Shown here: piece after piece, positions 27,923 to 35,267 of the stretch
Layout: each line of letters begins with the position of its first letter
How positions within the stretch are numbered: position 1 is the stretch's first letter
NCBI GenBank assembly: GCA_944381395.1
Contig: CALWKY010000041.1
Coordinates: 79,942 to 143,941 of the forward strand
DNA length: 64,000 nucleotides
Direction: 5' to 3'
From: an uncultured Lachnospiraceae bacterium
GTDB lineage: Bacteria; Bacillota; Clostridia; Lachnospirales; Anaerotignaceae
Made by a program: the position numbers and the translations under genes
The notes under the pieces: generated by a model
Databases searched by the model: none
The model's input: the letters and a program-made list of their open reading frames with translations, nothing else
What the model was told of the DNA's origin: nothing

Positions 27923-28384
27923 TTATGCTTTCACTTCTTTTGCCTCATCAGAGGAAATTTCACTCTTATCAATCAAATCGATTTCCGCATACAGAAGCAT
28001 TTTTACTCTGGTTCGCATCAGTTCATAACGATTTTCTAATGCTGCCAGCTGCTGCTCCATTTCAAAAACTTGATTTCTGCTGTCACTGAGCAGTTTTTCC
28101 GCTTCCGCTTTTGCCTGTGCCACAATGCTGTCAGCTTCTGCTCTTGCAGCCTCTTTCACCTGTGCAGCAGCAGTTTCTGCCAATGTAAGGGTACGTTCCA
28201 AAGTCTTGCGCAGATCCTGTACAGAAGCATCTGTAGCAGGCGCTTGGTTTTTTTTCTGGCTTTCTTCGTACAGCTTAATGTAATCCTCGTAAATATCGTC
28301 CAGAAACATATCCACTTCTTCCGGAGAATAACCGGAGGAAACTCTTTTAAACTCTTTTGTGGCGATATCATTCGGTGAAACCAT
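27923..28384 (-). CDS. divIVA: DivIVA domain-containing cell-division protein
   Basis: 153 aa. N-terminal I..KEF......GYSPEEVDMFLD followed by a coiled coil. Confidence 0.85.
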   Translation of the reverse strand: MVSPNDIATKEFKRVSSGYSPEEVDMFLDDIYEDYIKLYEESQKKNQAPATDASVQDLRKTLERTLTLAETAAAQVKEAARAEADSIVAQAKAEAEKLLSDSRNQVFEMEQQLAALENRYELMRTRVKMLLYAEIDLIDKSEISSDEAKEVKA

Positions 28385-28431
28385 AAAAAAACCTCCTTTG
28401 AAACTATTTGTTCTCGTTAAATGATCAATGA

Positions 28432-29226
28432 TTAAGAAATAAATTTCTCTATCTCTACTACAATACGCCCTTTTTTTGTATTTCCGCCAACACTGCCCAC
28501 GCGAAATCTGCCAAAACCACGGCAGGAGACCATATCTCCTTCTTTTAAAGTTTTATCCGCATGAGTTGCGCTGGACCAATTTACTTGTACTTTTTCTGCT
28601 GATATCAACCCTTGCATTTTTCCTCTGGAAAGATGAAAAACCGCTCCCGCAACGGCATCCATGCGTAATGATGCGACGGTAAGACGCTGTAACTACGTTT
28701 TTCTTTTTTGTGAAAAATCCGCCGGAGATGCCAAAGCGGTATGCACCGGCACACGTCCTACTTTACGCAGACTGCCGCTGACAAAATCCGCTAATCCTTC
28801 TGCCACAAACAGAAGCGCCCCATCGTCTTTTACCAAAATATCACCCAGCCGAGAACGGTCAATCCCCAGCCCTAATACAGAGCCTAGATAATCCCGATGG
28901 CTTAAAGCTGTATCTGTAAATTTACGCTCTACAGAAACAGCAATGGCACAAATGGGAAAATCTTCCGGCGTAATTTCCATATAATCCGGCGCAAAAGCCA
29001 GCATTCTTCTTTCACAGTCTTCCATTCCGCCCCAAGCAAAAATATGTAAGTCAGGAAAACATGCGGTTAATTTCTCATAAAAGCTGCCGCTTTTGGCTGC
29101 ATCCAAAAAATCACTAAAAACCATACTATGTTTCTTTGCTGCTGTTTCTGCCAGATCAATGGTTTTGGCCAATAAAAGGCGTTCCTGCCCGTCAGCAGTT
29201 CCTTTTAATATACGGTCTCTATCCAA
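28432..29226 (-). pseudogene. ylmH: ylmH (S4-domain RNA-binding protein) interrupted by one in-frame TAG
   Basis: ORFs 28693..29226 and 28432..28662 are in the same frame. The stop at 28693-28695 (plus-strand CTA, read as TAG) is followed in frame by LQRLTVASLR-MDAV.... Together this reads as one continuous YlmH of about 264 aa, with ...SLRLD... marking the start of the S4 domain. Confidence 0.75.
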
Positions 29227-29256
29227 TTTTTCACCATTCTTTCCTGTCTTTGTACA

Positions 29257-29541
29257 TCAAAGCAAATTCACCAGCCCCAGCAGGAGATATTCTATGGGCT
29301 GCATGAAAAACAAAGCAATCACCGGAGAAAAATCCAGCATCATACCGCCGCCCAAGGGAGACTTTCTTAAAAGTTCTCTAGCAGGACCTAAGATTGGTTC
29401 CGTTGTTTGGTAAATAAACTGGCTGATACCCCCCAAAGGAATGGGAATCCAGGAAAGGAAAATACGAATTAAAATCAACCATTGTATCAATTCAAAAAAT
29501 AAATGTATCGCCTGTGTCAGGATTGCTTGCAATTCTGCCAT
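29257..29541 (-). CDS. ylmG: YggT/YlmG family membrane protein
   Basis: 94 aa with two TM segments and the motif ...ILGPAR.L.... Conserved position between sepF and ylmH. Confidence 0.85.
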   Translation of the reverse strand: MAELQAILTQAIHLFFELIQWLILIRIFLSWIPIPLGGISQFIYQTTEPILGPARELLRKSPLGGGMMLDFSPVIALFFMQPIEYLLLGLVNLL

Positions 29542-29556
29542 TATCCAACCACCTTT

Positions 29557-30081
29557 TTATTTGGTGCCATTCATCCAAGGAAGAAGGACACCTTTTGTTT
29601 TTAATTCTTCCTTAAAATCGCCGGAGATGTCCACATTTTCCGGTGCAATAATAAAGATATTATTTGCTACACGCTGAATAGAACCTTCCAGAGAATAGCA
29701 AGTACCACTTAAAAAGTCCATAATCCGCTGTGCAATCGGATATTCTACTTTTTCCAAATTTACCACAACAGGTTTTTTGGTTTTAATCTGATCACAGATC
29801 TCCTGTGCGTCTTCATAACATTCCGGTTTAATAATAACAACCTGCATCTGTACATTGGTGTTGATGCTGTAGATCTGAGATCCTCCTTTAGAAGGGATAC
29901 GTCTGGGCTGAGATGCCATAGAAGGTGCGTAGTCTGCGGTTCTTTCTGCACTTCTTGCAGCATAGGAAACGGGAGGCTGCATAGACTCACTCTCGTAATC
30001 GTCATCCTCCATGTAATCGTCCTCATCGTCCTCATATGCGCCAAACATCAAATCTTTCATCTTGTCAATAAACTTAGGCAT
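29557..30081 (-). CDS. sepF: Cell division protein SepF
   Basis: I chose MPKFIDKMKDLMFG as the start (GGAGG 10 nt upstream). The C-terminal SepF domain reads ...VVVNLE......AQRIMDFLSG...; an upstream ATG at 30108 is the alternative start. Confidence 0.85.
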   Translation of the reverse strand: MPKFIDKMKDLMFGAYEDDEDDYMEDDDYESESMQPPVSYAARSAERTADYAPSMASQPRRIPSKGGSQIYSINTNVQMQVVIIKPECYEDAQEICDQIKTKKPVVVNLEKVEYPIAQRIMDFLSGTCYSLEGSIQRVANNIFIIAPENVDISGDFKEELKTKGVLLPWMNGTK

Positions 30082-30134
30082 GGTTTTGGTTCCTCCTTGT
30101 TTTTTCATCGGAAAACGCTTTTATATAAGATCTG

Positions 30135-30842
30135 TTATCCGTTTTTCTTGCCATAATCTCTTTCGCCGAAAATGCCGGTACCAACACGTACAATGGTAGC
30201 CCCCTCTTCAATGGCTACTTCGTAGTCACCGGTCATTCCCATCGACAGAGTGTCCATATGTATATTATCAATTTTTTTGGCGTTCATGTCAACCAGTAAA
30301 TCTTTCATTTGACGGAAATATCCGCGATTTTCTTCCGGATTTTCCACAAAAGGAGCCACTGTCATCAATCCACGCACATGAAGGTGGGAATATTTGGAAA
30401 TACTGCGTAAAAATTCCTCTGTATTTTCCGGTCGAATCCCAAACTTACTTTCTTCTCCCGCAATATTGATTTCCACTAAAACGTCCATGATCCGATCACA
30501 AGCCGCCGCTCTTTTTTCAATTTCCGCTGCCAGCTTTTCGCTCTCTACAGAATGGATCATACATACTTTATCGATGATATACTTTACTTTGTTCGTCTGC
30601 AAATGACCGATCAAATGCCAATGGATACCTTCACCCATGGGTTCATATTTATCCATAATTTCCTGCACTTTATTCTCACCTAAATCACGCAGACCGCATG
30701 CTACTGCCTCCTGAATCATGGAAACAGGCTTTGTCTTGCTGACTGCAAGCAGTAACACATCTTCTCTTTTTCTGCCGCTTCTTTGGCAGGCTGCGGCGAT
30801 TTTTTCTTCCACCGCAGCAATATGGTTTGCAACTTGACCCAC
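30135..30842 (-). CDS. ylmE: YggS/YlmE family pyridoxal-phosphate homeostasis protein
   Basis: 235 aa with a GTG start after GGAGG. LLAVSKTKP carries the PLP lysine; also HLIGHLQTNK. Confidence 0.9.
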   Translation of the reverse strand: MGQVANHIAAVEEKIAAACQRSGRKREDVLLLAVSKTKPVSMIQEAVACGLRDLGENKVQEIMDKYEPMGEGIHWHLIGHLQTNKVKYIIDKVCMIHSVESEKLAAEIEKRAAACDRIMDVLVEINIAGEESKFGIRPENTEEFLRSISKYSHLHVRGLMTVAPFVENPEENRGYFRQMKDLLVDMNAKKIDNIHMDTLSMGMTGDYEVAIEEGATIVRVGTGIFGERDYGKKNG

Positions 30843-30877
30843 TTTTTTCCGCCTCCTGTTGCATTGCTCAAATAATA

Positions 30878-32497
30878 TTAATAAATTTCCTGTCCTTCTG
30901 ATACATTTCTCGCATCTTGTACGATCACATCATAAGGTTGCAGGCTATTAGCACCACTGCCCGCTTTCACAATAGAATATTCCTGGTTGCTTTCCAGAAT
31001 CTCTACCTGTACAAAACGAGCCACAGAACTATTTGCTACATAAACACCTGTAAAAGGTACTAATTCGCTTAAGGTATATGTTTCTGCATCCTCCCCTGTC
31101 TTTTGCAAGGTTGCACCCAACGGTACGGTTCCATTATCCTGCATAATATAGACATTGGTTTCATCAGAACGAGCTACTGTAATTTCCGTAAAGGTAACAT
31201 TATCACCATTTTTTACCAGTACACCCGTATTGCCTAAAGATTCCGTTACATATTCATTGGGAATCCGAATCAAGCTCTTTTCCACAATCGCGTCATTGGG
31301 CACCTTTAAACCTGTTACTTCCTCACTTTCTACATAGAATGTAAGGGTCCTTTGATCCATAAAATCGGTCAGATTAGAAGAAATGGAAAACACAACACGG
31401 CTTTTATCTTCTGCTGCTTCAATGGAATATATTCTTGCAGAAAACTCTATGGTCTGCTGATCCACTTCGGTACAAAGCGTTTTCAGATCAGATTCTTCCC
31501 AGCCTTCTGTTTCAGCAGCAGGCAAATATGCTACAACGTACCAGTTATTGGAATAGATCAAGCGGAATAAAGGTGCTCCTACTTCTACATTTCCACTTTT
31601 AATAATAGAAGTAGATGTACTTCCAGTGCCAATTTGCTTTTCTGTAATTTCAGACATATTCTCTGGTGTAAAGGTACTCTCCAATCCATCTGTGGAAAGC
31701 GCTAACACGCCACTTTGCGGTGTACGGAGAGTACTCATGCTTTGTGAAAGCTGCTGCTCATAAATTTTCTTTTCTTCTGATAAGGAAGATAATCCCTCGA
31801 CATTTTCCGCAAGCCAAATTTCGTTGCGACTTCCAATCTCTGACTGTAACTTTGTTTTCAAAGAATAAAGATAAGAAGCGTCTGCGGACATGCTTTTTCC
31901 TGCATAACTATCCACCGCGACGGTCATATTATCTTCAATACGAGCAATATCTTCTGAATAAGCAGACAAGTCACTACGAGATGCCTGGTTCTTCAAAATA
32001 TCTCGATCCAATGATTCAATTTTACTTTCTAATAAATCTGCTGTTCCCGCTTCTCGTATTTCACAAATTACAGCATCCTTTTGTATGCGGTCTCCTTCAG
32101 AAAAATAATATGTCGTCTGTCCCGCACGATCAGCTGTAAATACCTCTTCGTCTCGAACAATTAAACCTGTTTCTTTTTTCGGAACATCAATGGAACCATA
32201 TCCAACTGTTTCCACGCGAATATCGCTGCGGGTCAAAAGCCGGATTCCTTGTCCCGCTAAGTAGAGTACAATAAAGACACTAATGATCACCAGTATCCAC
32301 CATTGTTCCCTGCCATTACTTTTTCTTCTGCGATTTGTCTTTCTTTGCTGTGCTGAACTTGCTGGTCTTTGTTGTTTTGGTTCCATACGCTGCACTCGCC
32401 CGCGTTCTTCTCTGCGGGGAAAGCTGCGCACATTGGAAGGCTGACGGTTCCGTCTAGATTGATTTCCAGGATTATTCCTGCGTTTGGTCACAGTCAT
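30878..32497 (-). CDS. HlyD-like membrane-fusion / barrel-sandwich domain protein with a basic N-terminal tail
   Basis: 539 aa. An Arg/Lys/Gln-rich N-terminus of about 65 aa, one TM segment, then lipoyl-like beta-barrel segments and a coiled coil. The family call is from memory of similar annotations and is weak. Confidence 0.45.
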   Translation of the reverse strand: MTVTKRRNNPGNQSRRNRQPSNVRSFPRREERGRVQRMEPKQQRPASSAQQRKTNRRRKSNGREQWWILVIISVFIVLYLAGQGIRLLTRSDIRVETVGYGSIDVPKKETGLIVRDEEVFTADRAGQTTYYFSEGDRIQKDAVICEIREAGTADLLESKIESLDRDILKNQASRSDLSAYSEDIARIEDNMTVAVDSYAGKSMSADASYLYSLKTKLQSEIGSRNEIWLAENVEGLSSLSEEKKIYEQQLSQSMSTLRTPQSGVLALSTDGLESTFTPENMSEITEKQIGTGSTSTSIIKSGNVEVGAPLFRLIYSNNWYVVAYLPAAETEGWEESDLKTLCTEVDQQTIEFSARIYSIEAAEDKSRVVFSISSNLTDFMDQRTLTFYVESEEVTGLKVPNDAIVEKSLIRIPNEYVTESLGNTGVLVKNGDNVTFTEITVARSDETNVYIMQDNGTVPLGATLQKTGEDAETYTLSELVPFTGVYVANSSVARFVQVEILESNQEYSIVKAGSGANSLQPYDVIVQDARNVSEGQEIY

Positions 32498-32643
32498 TAC
32501 TCTCCTTCCCCATATAGGACATACATTGATTTATTATAATATATTTTTTATGCAAGGTAAATAAAAACCCCATTATTTTTTCAAAAAAAACAGTTTGGTT
32601 TTCCGCAAAATTTTTCATTCCTAAAAAACCTCTAGTTTTCTGC

Positions 32644-32672
32644 TTGACAGGCAGGATGGAATTTGTTACACT
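32644..32672 (+). promoter_or_regulatory. Sigma-A promoter of the antiporter leader
   Basis: TTGACA (32644-32649), 17-nt spacer, TACACT (32667-32672). Confidence 0.6.
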
Positions 32673-32680
32673 GCAAAGAA

Positions 32681-32781
32681 ATAAAAGGGAGTAGTTTGCA
32701 GGCTTTTTGAAAACACTGTATATGCAGCCGTCAAGTCAGGTCATTAGGCCTCGGCACATATCTAAGAAGCGAGACTTTTAT
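32681..32781 (+). promoter_or_regulatory. yybP-ykoY (Mn2+) riboswitch-like aptamer
   Basis: The 5' segment ATAAAAGGGAGTAG and the 3' segment AGCGAGACTTTTAT match the two conserved strands of the yybP-ykoY motif as I recall it (AAAGGGGAGUAG ... AGCAAGACCUUU). They can close a P1 helix, ATAAAAG with CTTTTAT. A cation transporter gene lies downstream. Confidence 0.55.
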
Positions 32782-32827
32782 TGCAGCAGAGGTTTTTTCC
32801 GCCGCAATAAAAATCCCGCTTTTTTTA
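32769..32827 (+). terminator. Leader terminator (expression platform) overlapping the aptamer P1 3' strand
   Basis: GCGAGACTTTTATTGC (32769-32784) pairs with GCAATAAAAATCCCGC (32804-32819) and is followed by T7. Confidence 0.65.
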
Positions 32828-32878
32828 TTCATTCAGTGATTGCGGCAAAGCTTTGGAATACAAAAAGGAGGGTCTTGT

Positions 32879-33859
32879 ATGCTAATTTTCGCCAATCTGA
32901 TTATTCTAATCATTAGTTTTATCGCTTTAATCAAAGGAGCGGATTTCTTTGTTGCTGGTTCATCCGCTTTGGCAAAGAAATTTCACATCCCCGCAGTTAT
33001 TATTGGTTTAACCATCGTTTCCATGGGTACCAGTGCGCCAGAATTGGCAGTCAGTCTTTCTGCCAGTTTAGCAGGTTCTAATGAAATTGCGATTAGTAAC
33101 GTATTAGGTTCCAATTTATTTAATCTGCTGGGTGTTCTGGGTGTTTGTTCCCTTTTTGGCGCAGTTCCTGTAGAAAAGAATATGATTGATTTTGATATCC
33201 CTTTCTCTGCCATCATTACAGCAATTTTAGGATTATTCTGTTTAGACTTTCTCTTTACTGGAGAAGGATTGCCTGCTTTAGATGCAGCTTGTGCAACATT
33301 GAGCCGTGTAGATGCTTTCTGCTTATGTATTCTATTTGCAGCATTCCTGAGACGCACAATCCGTTTAGCAAAACAAAAAACCATTGTAAATGAAGAAGAA
33401 GATATTATGGTCATGCCCCTTTCCAGAACATTACTCTTTATGGTTGCAGGTCTTGCAGCAATTATTCTCGGCGGTCATTTCACCGTAGAAAGTGCCAAAG
33501 AGTTAGCATATGCATTTGGTATGAGTGAAACATTGGTAGGTTTGACCATTGTAGCAATTGGTACTTCTCTGCCGGAATTGATCACTTCCGTAGTCGCTAG
33601 CCGTAAAGGAGAATCTGGTATTGCTGTCGGTAATGTAGTCGGCTCCAATATTTTCAATATCCTCTTTATTTTAGGTATTTCCGGCTTCATCGCTCCTATG
33701 GATGTATTAACTGTTTCTTTAGTTGATATCGTCATATTGTTAGCAGTAAGCCTGCTTTTCTTCCTCTTTGTAAAAAATGACGGAAAGCTGTCCAGAAAAG
33801 AAGGCATTTCCTTCTTAGTGATTTACGTTGCATATACTGTCTTTGCAGCATTGCGTTAA
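32879..33859 (+). CDS. CaCA-family calcium/sodium (cation) antiporter (YrbG-like)
   Basis: Start set at MLIFANL (AAGGAGG RBS). Two alpha-repeats, GTSAPELAVS...SNVLGSNLFN and GTSLPELITS...GNVVGSNIFN. Confidence 0.85.
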   Translation: MLIFANLIILIISFIALIKGADFFVAGSSALAKKFHIPAVIIGLTIVSMGTSAPELAVSLSASLAGSNEIAISNVLGSNLFNLLGVLGVCSLFGAVPVEKNMIDFDIPFSAIITAILGLFCLDFLFTGEGLPALDAACATLSRVDAFCLCILFAAFLRRTIRLAKQKTIVNEEEDIMVMPLSRTLLFMVAGLAAIILGGHFTVESAKELAYAFGMSETLVGLTIVAIGTSLPELITSVVASRKGESGIAVGNVVGSNIFNILFILGISGFIAPMDVLTVSLVDIVILLAVSLLFFLFVKNDGKLSRKEGISFLVIYVAYTVFAALR

Positions 33860-33861
33860 GT

Positions 33862-34020
33862 ATAAAAAGAACGGAGCAAACAGGTTCCCCTTAAGAAAAT
33901 ATTGGGTTTCTCATTTCCTGATTTCTTAAAAGGAACAGCTATCTTCATAAGAAAACAATTCCGATAAAATAAAATCGCGGGAATTTTTGCAACATAAAAG
34001 ATTCCCGCGATTTTTGTTTT
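33862..34020 (+). repeat. Two-hairpin 3' intergenic element, copy B (downstream of the antiporter gene)
   Basis: Hairpin 1 is GTTCCCCTTAAGAAA (33884-33898) with TTTCTTAAAAGGAAC (33922-33936). A spacer follows containing AAAACAAT. Hairpin 2 is TCGCGGGAAT (33975-33984) with ATTCCCGCGA (34001-34010), then TTTTTGTTTT. Confidence 0.65.
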
Positions 34021-34064
34021 CTTGTGAAGATGCCCCTTAAAGGCTCCATTCTTTTTTATTGCTT

Positions 34065-34961
34065 TTAACGATAATCCGCAATTTTTACACCTTCAGAAAC
34101 AATAATCTCTTTCAATTTCTGCATTGCTTCCGGTGTTGGTCTATAAAAATCTGCACTGGGCAGTTCCATTCCAAGCGCTTCATATTTGATGGTGCCAAAT
34201 TTGTGATACGGCAGCAGTTCCATCTTTGCTTTCGGCAAATTCTTATGCACGAAAGCAGCACTCTTGCGAATATTCTCCTCACTATCATTAACACCACCAA
34301 TAACCGGAATACGAATCACTACATCTGCAGGAACCAAATTCAGGTTCTGGATATTCTTCAGCGTACGGGCATTGCTCACACCGGTATACTGTCTGTGTAC
34401 ATCTGGATCCATATGTTTCAAATCCATAAAAATCAAGTCCATACGTTCCAGAGATTTTTTTACACTTTCAAACTTAAAATACCCGCAAGTTTCGATGTCT
34501 AAGCTATATCCCATATCATATAACTTGCTGGTCAGATAATCTAAAAGTTCAGGCTGTGCTGTTGCCTCACCACCGGAAAAAGTTACGCCGCCGCCGGAAT
34601 ACTGATAAAAAATACTATGTTTTTTTACTTCTGCAATAACTTCATCCGCATCCCGGAACGTAACCAACCGACTTCTGGCTCCTTTCGGGCAAACATCCAC
34701 ACAAGCACCGCAGCCAATGCACTTATCCCTTTCCAAGTTCATATTGATGCCAATTCCTTGGGGGCAAACTTTTGTACAAGCGCCGCAGCCAATACATTTT
34801 CTTTCATACCATCCAACCAAAGGCTTTTGGGAAAAGCCTTCGGGATTCGAACACCATTTACAACGCAAAGGACAGCCTGCCATAAAAATGGTGGTACGAA
34901 TTCCTTCCCCGTCATTTACGGAAAAAGGCTGTGCCTGCATGATATATCCTTTCACACCCAT
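34065..34961 (-). CDS. Glycyl-radical enzyme activating protein (radical SAM, with a ferredoxin-like insert)
   Basis: Start set at MGVKGYIMQ. Radical-SAM motif CPLRCKWC, plus two additional clusters, CIGCGACTKVCP and CIGCGACVDVCP. A glycine-rich SAM motif is also present. Confidence 0.9.
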   Translation of the reverse strand: MGVKGYIMQAQPFSVNDGEGIRTTIFMAGCPLRCKWCSNPEGFSQKPLVGWYERKCIGCGACTKVCPQGIGINMNLERDKCIGCGACVDVCPKGARSRLVTFRDADEVIAEVKKHSIFYQYSGGGVTFSGGEATAQPELLDYLTSKLYDMGYSLDIETCGYFKFESVKKSLERMDLIFMDLKHMDPDVHRQYTGVSNARTLKNIQNLNLVPADVVIRIPVIGGVNDSEENIRKSAAFVHKNLPKAKMELLPYHKFGTIKYEALGMELPSADFYRPTPEAMQKLKEIIVSEGVKIADYR

Positions 34962-35103
34962 GATGATCTTCCTTTCTTTATTTCTTTTGTCATGCTGACA
35001 AGAAATCTGCATATTTTCTACCCTCATTTTATCTTGTTTCAGAGAAAATAGCAAGAAAATTTCCTTACATAGATACGAAAAAACGCACAAACTGTACATT
35101 GCA

Positions 35104-35119
35104 AAAATGTGCACATTTT
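35104..35119. promoter_or_regulatory. Perfect 16-bp palindrome (candidate operator) upstream of the activase gene
   Basis: AAAATGTGCACATTTT lies in the 306-nt spacer between the GRE stop and the activase start. Confidence 0.35.
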
Positions 35120-35196
35120 ATATTTCTATATTTTTCGGCATTTCTAAGGATCGCATCCAATTTTTCTTTTTCATGTGTGCGTTAAATTGCATTTTT

Positions 35197-35226
35197 CAAA
35201 AAAAGAAGAGAGCTTACGCTCTCTTC
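35197..35226 (-). terminator. Rho-independent terminator directly after the glycyl-radical enzyme gene
   Basis: Minus strand reads GAAGAGAGC-gtaa-GCTCTCTTC followed by TTTTTTT. Confidence 0.75.
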
Positions 35227-35267
35227 TCTTATGGTATCATCCCACCGAGATGAAACCTTATCATCAA

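Noticed and set aside
28660-28695. Pyrrolysine or another defined amber recoding as the explanation for the in-frame TAG in ylmH
   Set aside because: The window contains no pyl genes, no PYLIS-like context that I can recognise, and no methylamine methyltransferase genes. The idea cannot be supported from this sequence, so it is kept only as something to exclude genome-wide.
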